Shown here: in pieces, positions 1 through 10,537 of the stretch | Position numbering within the stretch: the stretch's first letter is position 1 | Layout: each line of letters starts with the position of its first letter | Source of the DNA: Eledone cirrhosa | Lineage: Eukaryota | Direction of reading: 5' to 3' | Length of the DNA stretch: 64,000 bases | NCBI GenBank assembly: GCA_964016885.1 | Contig: OZ024745.1 | Coordinates: forward strand, 75,764,001-75,828,000 | The notes under the pieces: model-generated | What the model saw: only the letters and a program-made list of their open reading frames with translations | Databases searched by the model: none | Told to the model about the DNA's origin: nothing | Made by a program: the position numbers and the translations under genes

Positions 1-35
1 TTAAAGTAAATTAAATATTTTTGAGACAGAAATAA

Positions 36-205
36 TAATTATTTCTACTTTAGGCATAAGGCCAGCAATTACCCAGTACATTACTGGTACTTTATTTTAT
101 CGACCCCGTAAGGATGAAAGACAAAATTAACCTCGGCGGGATTTGAACTCAGGCTGTAAAGGCACGTAACTATGCTAGAAAGCATGGTGTCTGACGCTCT
201 ACCGA
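36..205 (-). mobile_element. tRNA-derived SINE, family A (Meta-domain-like), 5'-truncated
   Basis: Matches the recurring window repeat ggcacaaggccagcaattacccagt..ggtactttattttatcgaccccgtaaggatgaaag..cctcggcgggatttgaactcag, with a B-box-like GAGTTCAAATCC on the - strand. Confidence 0.85.
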
Positions 206-210
206 TTTAA

Positions 211-211
<1 letters not shown>

Positions 212-241
<30 letters not shown>

Positions 242-412
242 AAGAAGAGTGGTGGTGGTGGTGGGGTCTTGGTGGTAGTGGTGGTGGTGGCGGTGGTTGT
301 TGGTAGTAGTAGTAGTGGTGGTGGTGGTCTTGGTAGTAGTGGTGATGGTGTCGGTTGTCGTTGTGGGGAGTGGTCTTGGTAGTAGTAGTGGTGGTGGTGG
401 TCTTGGTGGTAG
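212..412. repeat. (GAA)n followed by degenerate (GGT/AGT)n microsatellite
   Basis: Seen directly; explains the poly-T/H/L ORFs at 170-479. Confidence 0.95.
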
Positions 413-583
413 TTTTAACACTCAAGAGAAATAAAACAACACTGAAAACGAAGTCTATGATTAAACTCGTACTTCCCAAACTGTTATCTTAATTTCGATC
501 AGTTGACATAATCAAATCACATCTTTTGCGCACATATACCTACATACACACATAAATATGCACGCACAAATACATATATAAAT

Positions 584-3500
584 ATCTATCTATCTAAGGC
601 GGGTAAAATTCCCGAGATCCATGGACGAGTTCTCTCCAGCGATCTCTGTCCCTCATTATCGCTGCCATGTCCTGCGTCTCCAACAGACCAGTGTCTGTCC
701 TTAGGGCATCAACATATGTTAACCTTGGTCTTCCTCTTCCAGTGTGTCCATGTAGGGGCTCCCAAAGGAGCACGGAGTGCAATGTCAACTCTGGATGTCG
801 GTGAGCATGTCCAGCCAACCTCAGTCTCCTCTGTGTCACTTTTGAGCTGACTTTTGGGAGGCTCCCATACAGCTCTGAGTTTTTCATCCTCAGTGTATAC
901 TGATTAATGTTCAGAGCCATCCTCAGCATTCTCGTGTAGCACCCATCCACCATCTGAGTGAGTCTCTTGGTCAGTGTCCAAGTCTCAGACCCATACAGCA
1001 GCACAGACTCCACTACAGCAATGAAGAGGCGGATTTTCAGGTCTCTACGAAGGTCCGACTTCCACACCGATCTCAAGCTGTGGCACGCCGCCCAGGCCTT
1101 GCTCTTCCTCTCAACCACATCATCTTCCGTATTCCCAATCTTTGCTCCCAAATACAGGAAGTCCTCAACCAATTCCAGCGGCTTCCCGCCTACATTAGTG
1201 ATCCCCTCTGGCTTCTCAACATTCTCTACCAGATATTTTGTTTTAGTCTCATTCATTCTCAGCCCCACACTCATCGACACAGTCTCAACCTCCCGCATCA
1301 AATCCTCTGCCTCCTTCACTGTATTTGTCACCAAAACTATGTCGTCGGCAAATTCAGCATCCGATACCTTTTTCGCCCCAACTCTCCTGCTCTGAGCCGG
1401 TGCTACAGTAAAGCCAGAGTCCTGGTGTTTCTCCAGTGCAAGGCGCATACAATAGTCCACTACGATGATAAAAAGGTAGGGAGCCAATGTATCTCCCTGG
1501 AGCACTCCAGCCAGTATCTCAAAGAACTCTGTCATCCCATCAGGTGTAATGACTTGGGCTTTGGTGTTGGTGTAGAGCAGTGATATCAGGTCCACTATCC
1601 TCTTGGGGATTCCATAAGCCTGTAAGATCTTCATCAGGCAGTAACGGTCCACAGAATCAAAGGCCTTCCTAAAGTCAATGAAAACCATGACCGCAGGAAG
1701 GCACTTTGCTCTAGCTCCCTCTAATATCCTCCTCAGCATCAGGATGTGACTGGTGGTTGATCTACCCTCTCTGAAGCCGTTCTGGTTGTCCCTGAGCTTC
1801 TTCTCCATCTCAGGCTGGATCCTGTTAAGAATCATCCTGTTGAGGGTCTTTGCCACAAGTGACGTCAGTGAGATCCCTCGGTAGTTGTTGGTGTTAGAGA
1901 GATCTCCCTTCTTTGGCACTGGGACGATGTTACTGATCCTCCACTGATTCGGGGCAACTCCTTTCTCCAGTGCCCCGTTACAGAACCCCAGGATGATATC
2001 ATCAAAATCACACCACTTCATCACCTCTGATGCTACTCCATCTTCTCCATGAGCCTTGCCCTCCTTGATCTTCTTCTTGGCTCTCTGAAGCTCCTCTCTG
2101 GTGAAGGGCTCTGTCTCAACATCCAGTTCCTCAAACAGCCGCCTGATCTCCCCAGTGCTCTGGGCTGTAGAGGGTGGCTCTCCTAGTAGGGTCCTAAAAT
2201 GGTCTAGCCATTTCCTCTTCCTATCCTCGGGCCCCGTTCCCTGGATCTGACTCGAACACCTTTTCTTCCTCCCTGTGATCTCGTTGATGATCATCCAGCT
2301 CTCCTTACATCCAGATCTGTCAACCGCTCTCTCCACACTTCTGATCTTCTCTATCAGTGCCTCCTCTCTGACCTCAGTGTAAGCGGTACAGAGCTCTTCC
2401 CTCATCACCTCCACAGTCTCCATCCTCTCCTCCGTAGGATCAGCATAGAATTGGTCCCTGGCAGCTTTCAGGTGTTCTCTGGCTGCACACACTTTTGGGT
2501 CTGCAGAGCTGACGTGCTTCCCTTTGTTCTTTTTCCTCGGCACCAGGGTTTCACTTGCTTTCGCCACTGCATTGGTGAAGTGCCCGTACCTCCTCGTCAC
2601 ACTCTCCTCAGTCCATCCAATCTCTCTCTCCTCTGACTCTCCACACAGAGCACTAAACCTGTTTCTCACTTCCACTGTGAACCTCTCCTGTAGCTTATCA
2701 TCTTCCTTGAAAGCTCCCCAGTCATAGATTGTTCTCCGGGGCTGAGCCTTGCTCTTTCTTAAGCTCACGCGGACCTCACTCATAACAAGCCGGTGGTCAC
2801 TACCCAGTGTACTGAAATAGCTGTATGGTTCCGTGTTCAGAACACTATTCCGCCACTTTTTCCTCACCAGAATGAAATCAATCTGGGACTTGGACAGGTG
2901 CATATCTGAGATGTAGGTCCACATCTTCCCCAGATTCTTCCCAAACCTTAGGTTGGTCGCCATCAAGTTCGCCTCCAGCAGGGTGTCTCTCAGTAGTCTT
3001 CCATTTCGGTTGGTGTTGTTATGGAAGTACCAGCAAGGATCTTCACTGCCCTCCTTACTCAGATGTGCATTGAAGTCCCCCAAAACAAGCAGGATATTGT
3101 GTGCCTGAGTGGTGTTGACAGCTCTACACACTTCCTCATGGAACTCCTCGGCATTCACATCACTGTCCCCCTCGGTTGGACTATAGGCTGAGATGACTGT
3201 CAGTCTTGGGTTTCCATTGAAGGTCACCCTCAACACTCGCGGGGAGATAGGCATTATTTCCCTCACCAACAGATTGGTTTTTGCACTGAACACAAAACCC
3301 ACTCCTCCTACTGCAGCATTTGTTGTGTTCTTCACTGCCGATGTAGTGATGAGCTGGCTCTTCCTCCCGATCATCACACTCCTCACGGGCTCATCGTGTA
3401 GAATCCTGTGTTCTTGGATCGCAAGTATCTGTATACCACTCTCCTCGAACAGATGTCCCAACTCCTCTCTCTTCTCCAGCGTTCGAATAGTCCTCACATT

Positions 3501-3903
3501 CAAAGTGCCCATTTTGATGGCTCTTCTGCAGGACAAAACTGCATTCTTTATATTTGTCTCAGAGACAGCTGATCCATCATCCACTGGCCCTCTCTGTGGC
3601 TCTAAGCCAGCAGAGTCATAACGACCAGGCTGCTCCTTGACAGTGTAATTAGGGGCTCTAACCCTAGTGCTGTTAGATCGACTCTCCATATTTCTTTTCA
3701 ATGGCTGACAATACCTTACCGGCGCCACTCGAATAAGGTAGTTATTTAACCCATAAATGGAGCCCTAACAGGTACTACCACCCCGGGCCAGGGCAGACCT
3801 GGGAGTCATGACAACTAAGGGGTAACTCCATATTCCCCACATCTCCTGAACTCCCGAACTGGAGCCTTGCCACTGGATGTAGTTTAATGTCATACCCAAG
3901 ACA
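584..3903 (-). mobile_element. Apparently full-length RTE LINE: ~175-nt 5' leader, ORF, short (TAGA)n tail
   Basis: GC-richer block bounded by TA-rich microsatellite at 3904. The stop codon TAG runs straight into ATAGATAG repeats. No clear TSD because the flanks are low complexity. Confidence 0.85.
594..3728 (-). CDS. RTE-clade non-LTR retrotransposon ORF (APE endonuclease + reverse transcriptase), uninterrupted
   Basis: 1044-aa open frame; track start is GTG, first ATG at 3689. APE motifs MGTLNVRT, LAIQEHR, SAYSPT, LGDFNAH, SQIDFIL, SDHRLV. RT motifs YRGISL, NQNGFR, FIDFRKAFDSV, GVLQGDTLAPYLF, FADD, FLYLG. RTE-type C-terminus LLYGSETWTLT, RLRLAGH, GRGRPRLTY. Confidence 0.96.
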   Translation of the reverse strand: MAPVRYCQPLKRNMESRSNSTRVRAPNYTVKEQPGRYDSAGLEPQRGPVDDGSAVSETNIKNAVLSCRRAIKMGTLNVRTIRTLEKREELGHLFEESGIQILAIQEHRILHDEPVRSVMIGRKSQLITTSAVKNTTNAAVGGVGFVFSAKTNLLVREIMPISPRVLRVTFNGNPRLTVISAYSPTEGDSDVNAEEFHEEVCRAVNTTQAHNILLVLGDFNAHLSKEGSEDPCWYFHNNTNRNGRLLRDTLLEANLMATNLRFGKNLGKMWTYISDMHLSKSQIDFILVRKKWRNSVLNTEPYSYFSTLGSDHRLVMSEVRVSLRKSKAQPRRTIYDWGAFKEDDKLQERFTVEVRNRFSALCGESEEREIGWTEESVTRRYGHFTNAVAKASETLVPRKKNKGKHVSSADPKVCAAREHLKAARDQFYADPTEERMETVEVMREELCTAYTEVREEALIEKIRSVERAVDRSGCKESWMIINEITGRKKRCSSQIQGTGPEDRKRKWLDHFRTLLGEPPSTAQSTGEIRRLFEELDVETEPFTREELQRAKKKIKEGKAHGEDGVASEVMKWCDFDDIILGFCNGALEKGVAPNQWRISNIVPVPKKGDLSNTNNYRGISLTSLVAKTLNRMILNRIQPEMEKKLRDNQNGFREGRSTTSHILMLRRILEGARAKCLPAVMVFIDFRKAFDSVDRYCLMKILQAYGIPKRIVDLISLLYTNTKAQVITPDGMTEFFEILAGVLQGDTLAPYLFIIVVDYCMRLALEKHQDSGFTVAPAQSRRVGAKKVSDAEFADDIVLVTNTVKEAEDLMREVETVSMSVGLRMNETKTKYLVENVEKPEGITNVGGKPLELVEDFLYLGAKIGNTEDDVVERKSKAWAACHSLRSVWKSDLRRDLKIRLFIAVVESVLLYGSETWTLTKRLTQMVDGCYTRMLRMALNINQYTLRMKNSELYGSLPKVSSKVTQRRLRLAGHAHRHPELTLHSVLLWEPLHGHTGRGRPRLTYVDALRTDTGLLETQDMAAIMRDRDRWRELVHGSREFYPP

Positions 3904-3916
3904 ATATATATATATG

Positions 3917-3947
<31 letters not shown>

Positions 3948-3985
3948 GTATATATATATATGTATGTATATATATGTATATATAT

Positions 3986-4333
3986 TTAAAGGTTAAACAA
4001 GGTTCAATGAATAAATCAAAGAATGAGTTTTACAATAGATTGGAAGCACTCCACAGTAATGGTTTTCCGGAGTTATTAATATTAATTCAAAATATTAACA
4101 AAAATAGACATTCGTGTAATCAAGTATATTTTATTATACATATTTCAGAGGTACTGAGCTATCTTCAACAGTACGTCCTCATCAGATAAAATAAGATGAT
4201 GTATGACATACCCTGACTTAGTAGATGGTTAAGATTCAGTTGGTTAAGATTCTGTTGAAGATAGCTCAGTACCTCTGAAATATGTATAATAAAATATACT
4301 TGAATGTCTATTTTTGTTAATATTTTGAATTAA

Positions 4334-4335
<2 letters not shown>
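3986..4335 (-). mobile_element. TA-flanked fold-back module (PLE pseudo-LTR + inverted truncated copy)
   Basis: ~4079-4171 is the reverse complement of ~4252-4335 (one small indel). TA-rich microsatellite on both sides; contains the hammerhead at 4127-4193. Confidence 0.7.
4127..4193 (-). ncRNA. Minimal type I hammerhead ribozyme (PLE-type)
   Basis: - strand reads UAUUUUAU-CUGAUGA-ggacGUACUG(uugaagauagcu)CAGUACcucu-GAAA-UAUGUA-UA|AUAAAAUA. 8-bp stem I, 6-bp stem II helix, quasi-palindromic stem III, AUA cleavage triplet. Confidence 0.8.
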
Positions 4336-4389
<54 letters not shown>

Positions 4390-4440
4390 TGTACATACGT
4401 GCTTACATACATGTGCATATATATGTATATATATATATAT

Positions 4441-4832
4441 ATAATACAAATAGTGAAAACAATGAAATTAAACAAAATACGGTTAATTCATAGTAAAACT
4501 CATTATTTTACGATCGTTTCTGGGGGGTTAGTTCTCCGTATGTTCATTCTATTAGTGATCTATGTAAAATACATTACAAATTATCGAAGTAAGAAAATAT
4601 ACATACGGCTTCCTTACCCGCCGTCTTCAGAAATAATGGGAAGACGTATGTATATTTTCTTACTTTGATAATTTGTAATATATTTTACATAGATCACTAA
4701 TAGAATGAACATGCGGAGAACTACCACCACCACCACCCCACCCCCACCACCCCAGAAACGATCGTAAAATAATGAGTTTTACTATGAATTTTTAATTTTG
4801 TTTAATTTCATTGTTTTCACTATTTGTATTAT
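4441..4832. repeat. Long inverted repeat (arms ~170-190 bp) abutting (TA)n
   Basis: 4441-4612 versus 4639-4832 reverse complement. The right arm has a CCA-repeat expansion where the left arm has the complementary G6 run. Confidence 0.9.
4501..4638 (-). ncRNA. Type I hammerhead ribozyme with ~100-nt stem II domain
   Basis: - strand reads CAUUAUUU-CUGAAGA-[103 nt, base cGGcGGGU...ACCCcCCa]-GAAA-CGAUCG-UA|AAAUAAUG. Perfect 8-bp stem I, palindromic stem III, GUA triplet. Confidence 0.7.
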
Positions 4833-4967
4833 TTTGACTCTGCATCCAATGAATTATATCGTTGAAATTTTATATTTTAAACTTTGCTTCACGACATCTT
4901 CTACATACGGATTACATTGAGTTCTTCATACGGCTTGGACCCTTTAATTGGTGGATTTATCTGTGTG

Positions 4968-5085
<118 letters not shown>

Positions 5086-5287
5086 TATGCATTAAAAATA
5101 TATCAAAAATATATAGATACATATGTAAATATATATATATATATATATATATTAAAATAACAGATTAAAGTTTAAGCAAAGAATCGCTGCTTTCACCCTT
5201 AACGGGATCTTCTACGGTTCTTATATATTTGATATATATTTATCCTTATTAAGCCCTCTTTGGATTAGTCTTCAAATTTATTATTAT

Positions 5288-5330
<43 letters not shown>

Positions 5331-5406
5331 CATATGTATCTATATATTTTTGATATATTTTTTATTATATATATTTATGCACATATATATATATATATAT
5401 ATATAT

Positions 5407-5455
<49 letters not shown>

Positions 5456-5468
5456 AATATATATATAT

Positions 5469-5569
<101 letters not shown>

Positions 5570-5589
5570 ATTAGTGACACGATAAAATA

Positions 5590-5755
5590 CACCAAGCAAA
5601 CACTGTCTGTAAAGTGGTTGGCGTTAGAAAGGGTATGCCAAGCATGGAACGTATGAGCAAAATGATGTCTCTTCAACACATCTAGTCTCAGATCGTAACA
5701 GTTCATAGAAACCTATGCCAGCAAGTAAGGTGGTCATTTAATAATTATGACGATG
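5590..5755 (+). mobile_element. Degenerate SINE/LINE 3' end with GAT-rich tail
   Basis: ccaagcaaacactgtctgtaaagtggttggcgttagaaaggg is similar to 63509-63550 and 58395-58450. Confidence 0.5.
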
Positions 5756-6828
5756 ACATTTACGCGCGCGCATGCGCCTGTGCGTGTGCATGTGGTGTGC
5801 GTGTGTGTGCGTGCACATTTGCAGAACACAACGACTAGAAATTAGTTCGAACAAAATAAATCATAGCAAATTTTTTTTTAAGTGTGGTGTACAAAAAGGA
5901 TCCTGGTTATCAGAATTTTTTTATTTTTTATTTCTAGTGACAGATTTCTGCTATCGTTAATTTGTCAAAGTTTCATTTTTCAGGGTTAAATTTTAAACAC
6001 CTGTCGTTACTGCCGCTTACGACCTTTCTAATGTAAGTGATATGACTTGTTATATCCTTAATGTCGTTTATGTATGTATGTATATCGCACATGTTGACAT
6101 GTCAAGGGATGCAATTCAAACTTCAATATTAAGTGGATCTAGTGTCGTTTGGTAGCTTAAGTACAACGAGTTTAATTTGGGTTTGAAATTAGTCATAAAA
6201 TTCATTTCTTTAGTGATGATTTGCTATTCCGTTGATAAAATGGGAAAACGTAGAAATTTAGCATTCTCCAAAACTTGATAACTTAGAACTTTTTCTGGTG
6301 TACTTTTCTGTAATTTGCTCCTTTGTCGGTGTGTCCTACTTGTTTGACCAAGGTAGTGTTCAAGCCACACGATCATGAGCCTAGTACTCTTATCACTAAA
6401 CTACGTGCCTTCATTATTCAACTATATGTGAGTGTATATATATATATATAATCAACATTTTTTTTTTAATATGCACCAAAAATAAATATTACTTTATTAC
6501 TTTCTTAACTGACAGCCAATCTAGAAGTCGGGAGATTATAAACAAACATGGCATTTCAAACTTAAATGGCTTCCTAAAACACTCATTGAGCTAGCTATTT
6601 ATGAATGAATGAATGAACAGCAAAACACTCTAGACTCAACAACTCACAATACCAATGGAAAGGTTACGAAGCTGAATAGATTTTTTCCCTTGTGAAAAAT
6701 TCTTTTGTCCCAGAATATGAAAGATTGAAGGAGTCAAAATATAGAGGAGATCAAAATGGCGATCACAACTTTTAATTGCACAAAACGATCTCCTCAATGA
6801 AATGCATATGTGAGCAGTTTGTTCTAAG

Positions 6829-7093
6829 TGTTGTAAGCAGATAAGATGCTAAGTGGATGGTCCTGACGTCCAGACATGTTAGTTTATTCATATGACAGTT
6901 TGATTGGCCGAGTAATGGATGATCAACGGAGCGTACGGAAGAAATTCATTGGAGCAGCAGTTAGAGAAAGACGGCGTTAAAACGTAAAACAGAGCGAGTT
7001 CAACGGCGGAATAAAAGCTAATGTAGAGTCTTCTCGTGCGAGATCTCCAATAACTTAATTCAATGCTGTATTGCAAATTCAATAAACACCACC
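6829..7093 (+). mobile_element. Possible solo LTR
   Basis: Higher-complexity block starting TGTTGT and ending AATAAAcaccacCA with two AATAAA signals. No convincing TSD and no second copy. Confidence 0.3.
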
Positions 7094-7654
7094 ATAAATA
7101 TAAATAGAAATATGATAGCAGCAGAGACTTGATTTAAAGTCAGACAAGGGTAGATTTGTAGAGGAGTTGAAATAAAGTCTTTATTACGATACAGAATATC
7201 AGTTCGTATCAATAATAGTTGAGATATATAAATATATCTTGACATCAACAGTGGTTTACATTGGTGAAATGTGGTGGATTTTCTTTTAGTAGTAACATTT
7301 GTAAAACTTAATTTCAGGCTAGAAACTACAATATTTGAGCTATTTGATAAAGTTTCTGCTGTGAAAGTATTGTTTAAACACACTAACTAAATATTTAGAG
7401 AATGACTTTGTAAATTATACATGAATTCACCAAAGAGCTAACTTCCTCTTCTCTTAATAATTATCTCTACATATTAACAATATCTAAATGGTACTGGCTA
7501 CTAGCATATTTAAATATCCTCTTCCCCTCTATCGCTCTTTTACACACAGACATACACACATATACATATATTTAGGTGTGTGTGTGGTGTGTATGTATAT
7601 GTATTGAAAGAGCTAGAGAGACAGAGAGATAGATTACTATATATATATATATAT

Positions 7655-7850
7655 ATAATTGAATAAACAAGAGAGATGAATACTAATATAAACATACATG
7701 TGTTCGAATAATTTTGGTCCTTACGATTCGAACAGATGTATGTTTATATTTGTGTTCATCTCTCTTGTTTATTCAATTATATTGTACGGCTCGGAAAAGC
7801 TTTTTTCTTAGAGCTATTTAATTGTAAGAGATTACCCTAAGTTCTTAACT

Positions 7851-7855
<5 letters not shown>
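7655..7855. repeat. TA-flanked fold-back module (arms ~55 bp) with one-sided tail
   Basis: 7655-7708 versus 7724-7782 reverse complement, (TA)n on both sides; no intact hammerhead core found. Confidence 0.7.
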
Positions 7856-7885
<30 letters not shown>

Positions 7886-7890
<5 letters not shown>

Positions 7891-8532
7891 GAGCTGCGGC
7901 GCTGCAAATGGGTTACATATGAAAAAGTTTGTCCTCATCAGTGGCCTTCCAACCGTCGTAGGCATTTCGTCGCATTAAAGGCCATATACCTCAGGTTGGT
8001 GCGAGCAACGGCTAAAAAAAGTCGTTGGGACACGTGAATAAGGGGGACGCTAGGGTAAACAAACAAAATGGTTTAAGCAACAGAAAGTGATGAAGAAGAA
8101 ACAAGTCCCAGATTTCTATGAATATAAATTAAGTGGAATCGTGAACGAGAGAATAAAGACCATCAAACGTGGTTGAAATGTGAGCAAGGAAGGAATTTCG
8201 CACAGGTCTAACGGGAGGAAGAAGGGGTCTGGTCTGCGAATTCGGTAAACATAAGTTCTGTGAAGTCGCAGACGAAAGAGAGAGAAAAACAATTCATACC
8301 GGCTTGGCCAAGTGCCCGCGAGAAAAGGATTACGGACAGGTCAAACGGGGAGAAGGGGGAGGAGGAGAGGTAGTGACAGCGAGTGAGTGAGTGAAAGGTG
8401 AGGAAGAGGCTAACAGAGAGAGAGAGACTGCTAGAAAGGGTAAAGACACAAAGAACGAAACAGACTGGTGGCAGCAGAGGAAAAATATATGTGTAAACAT
8501 GATAATAATGGAGCTGCGGCGCTGCAAATGGG

Positions 8533-8534
<2 letters not shown>
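7886..8534. mobile_element. TA-flanked element with ~30-bp terminal direct repeats
   Basis: gagctgcggcgctgcaaatgggtta at ~7891 and ~8511; a CTGATGAGGAC half-core lies on the - strand at ~7930-7942. Confidence 0.5.
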
Positions 8535-8604
<70 letters not shown>

Positions 8605-8697
8605 GAAGTAATTCCGTCGGAAAAGTCCAGGAAAAAAGAGTGCTCTATGTAGGTAACAGAGCTTAATAGTTATGTAATAAACAACATAAGGCAATTA

Positions 8698-8756
8698 TTC
8701 CATTTACCAGTGGTTTCTTAAAAGCAAAAAATTTTGCTTTCAATCCTCAGAATGAA
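8698..8756 (-). ncRNA. Minimal type I hammerhead ribozyme (copy 1 of inverted pair)
   Basis: UUUCAUU-CUGAGGA-UUGAAAGC..GCUUUUAA-GAAA-CCACUGG-UA|AAUGGAA; all three stems pair. Confidence 0.82.
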
Positions 8757-8788
8757 AAAATCCTGGTCTGTTTATTGAATTTGGATTT

Positions 8789-8848
8789 TTTCATTCTGAG
8801 GATTGAAAGCAAAATTTTTGGCTTTTAAGAAACCACTGGTAAATGGAA
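8789..8848 (+). ncRNA. Minimal type I hammerhead ribozyme (copy 2 of inverted pair)
   Basis: CTGAGGA at 8796-8802, 8-bp stem II TTGAAAGC/GCTTTTAA, GAAA at 8829-8832, stem III ACCA/TGGT, predicted cleavage after A8841, stem I TTTCATT/AATGGAA. Confidence 0.82.
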
Positions 8849-8873
8849 TAATTGCCTTATGTTGTTTATTACA

Positions 8874-8968
<95 letters not shown>

Positions 8969-9595
8969 GTGTGTGTGTGTGATCGCATATGTATACGTGG
9001 GCTTATACGCTCTGTTATTACTAAAATATATTTCAATGTGACGCTCCTACAACTCCCTCGGAAGTTACAGGTCCATACTTACTTATTAACAATAACTTGG
9101 TTTGAAGTTAGATAAAAGTAGAATTGAAGCGAAGTTGAAACAGCATCTTTATTGCGATAAACAATATCAGTTATTATAAATAATAGCTGAGATTTATAAA
9201 TATAATTTACATCAATAATGATGTCTTAGTGAAACGGTGCTAATATATTTTAATTAATACGTAGAGACAGATACGAAAAGGAATGCAGTCAAAACAAGAT
9301 ATTTTCGTATCCCTTTATAAATTGGGATGTAAATATGTATAGGAGAAAATAGGAATTAGGATGTGTTAAACAGAGAAGAGTTTGTTTAACAAGAATGAAT
9401 ATATAAAGATAGGAAAATAAACTGACACTCCTTTTAGTTTGAACAATCATTATAAAAGCAAATATTTTAGCCGAATACATAAAGAAAGAGAAGACTTAAT
9501 TAGAATTATTTCACTAAGTAAATATTTTTTGAAGCAAATACATAGAATATTGAACATATGTGATTCTGAAATATAATTGGGAAATATTCTGCAAG

Positions 9596-9713
9596 TGTGG
9601 TGATGTTGGTGGTGGTAATGGTGGTGGTGGTGGTGGTAACGGTGACAGTGGTGGTGGTGGTGGTAGTGGTGACGGTGGTGGAGGTGGTGGTGGTGATGTT
9701 AGTGATGTTGATA

Positions 9714-9758
<45 letters not shown>

Positions 9759-9890
9759 GTGATGATGAGGATGATGGTGGTGGTGGTGGTGATGATGGTG
9801 ATGATGATAGTGGTGATGATGGTGATGATGATAGTGGTGATGGTGGTGATGATGGTGATGAGGGGGGGGGGCTGATGCTGGTGGTGGTAG
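9596..9890. repeat. Compound (GGT)n/(GAT)n microsatellite
   Basis: Seen directly; gives the poly-G/D, poly-M/V and poly-H ORFs. Confidence 0.95.
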
Positions 9891-9900
9891 GGTTATTATG

Positions 9901-10430
9901 ATAATTGTTTCTACTTTAGGCACAAGGCCAGCAATTACCCAGTGCATTACTGGTACTTCATTTCATCGACCCCGCAAGGATGAAAGGCAAAGTCAACCTC
10001 GGCGGGATCTGAGGCACAAAGCTAACAATTTTGGTAGGGGGAAGAAAATCGATTAAATCGACCCTAATGCGTTACTGGTACTTTACTTTATCGACCCTGT
10101 AAAGATGAAAGGCAAAGCTAACCTCGACGGGATTTGAACTCAGAACGTAAAAACCGTAACTATATACCGCAAAGCATGTTGTCCGACGCTCTACTGATAC
10201 TGCCAATCCACCTGATAATGGTTTCTTATATGGGCACAAGGCCAGCAATTTTGGAGGAGAGGAAAGTCGATGAAATCGACCCCAGTGCATTACTGGTGCT
10301 TTATTTTATCGACCCTATAAGCATGAAAGGCAAAGCTAACCTCGGTGGGATTTGAAATCAGAACGTAAAGGGCCATAACTCTCTGCTGCGAAGCATGGTG
10401 TCCGACGCTGTAACGATACTTCCAATCCAA
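9901..10430 (-). mobile_element. Three tandem SINE family A copies
   Basis: The ggcacaa..tcgaccc..gatgaaaggcaaag unit recurs at ~9918, ~10012 and ~10232. Confidence 0.85.
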
Positions 10431-10537
10431 TTGAAAAAACGAGGATGAAAAATAAATTTCAAATCATATGTAGGTCAGAGGGGGGAGGGGGGGTAGTAAT
10501 GAACAATTCGCTTTTTTCATTTTATATGTGGTGGGGT

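Larger units (their letters stand above)
8600..8880 (-). mobile_element. TA-flanked fold-back module: pseudo-LTR with 3' tail plus inverted tail-less copy
   Basis: 8668-8763 versus 8783-8880 near-identical reverse complements; a unique tail at 8600-8667 on one side only; long (TA)n on both flanks. Confidence 0.75.

Noticed and set aside
958-3621. + strand ORFs overlapping the RTE
   Set aside because: Antisense shadows of the LINE ORF with no recognisable motifs.
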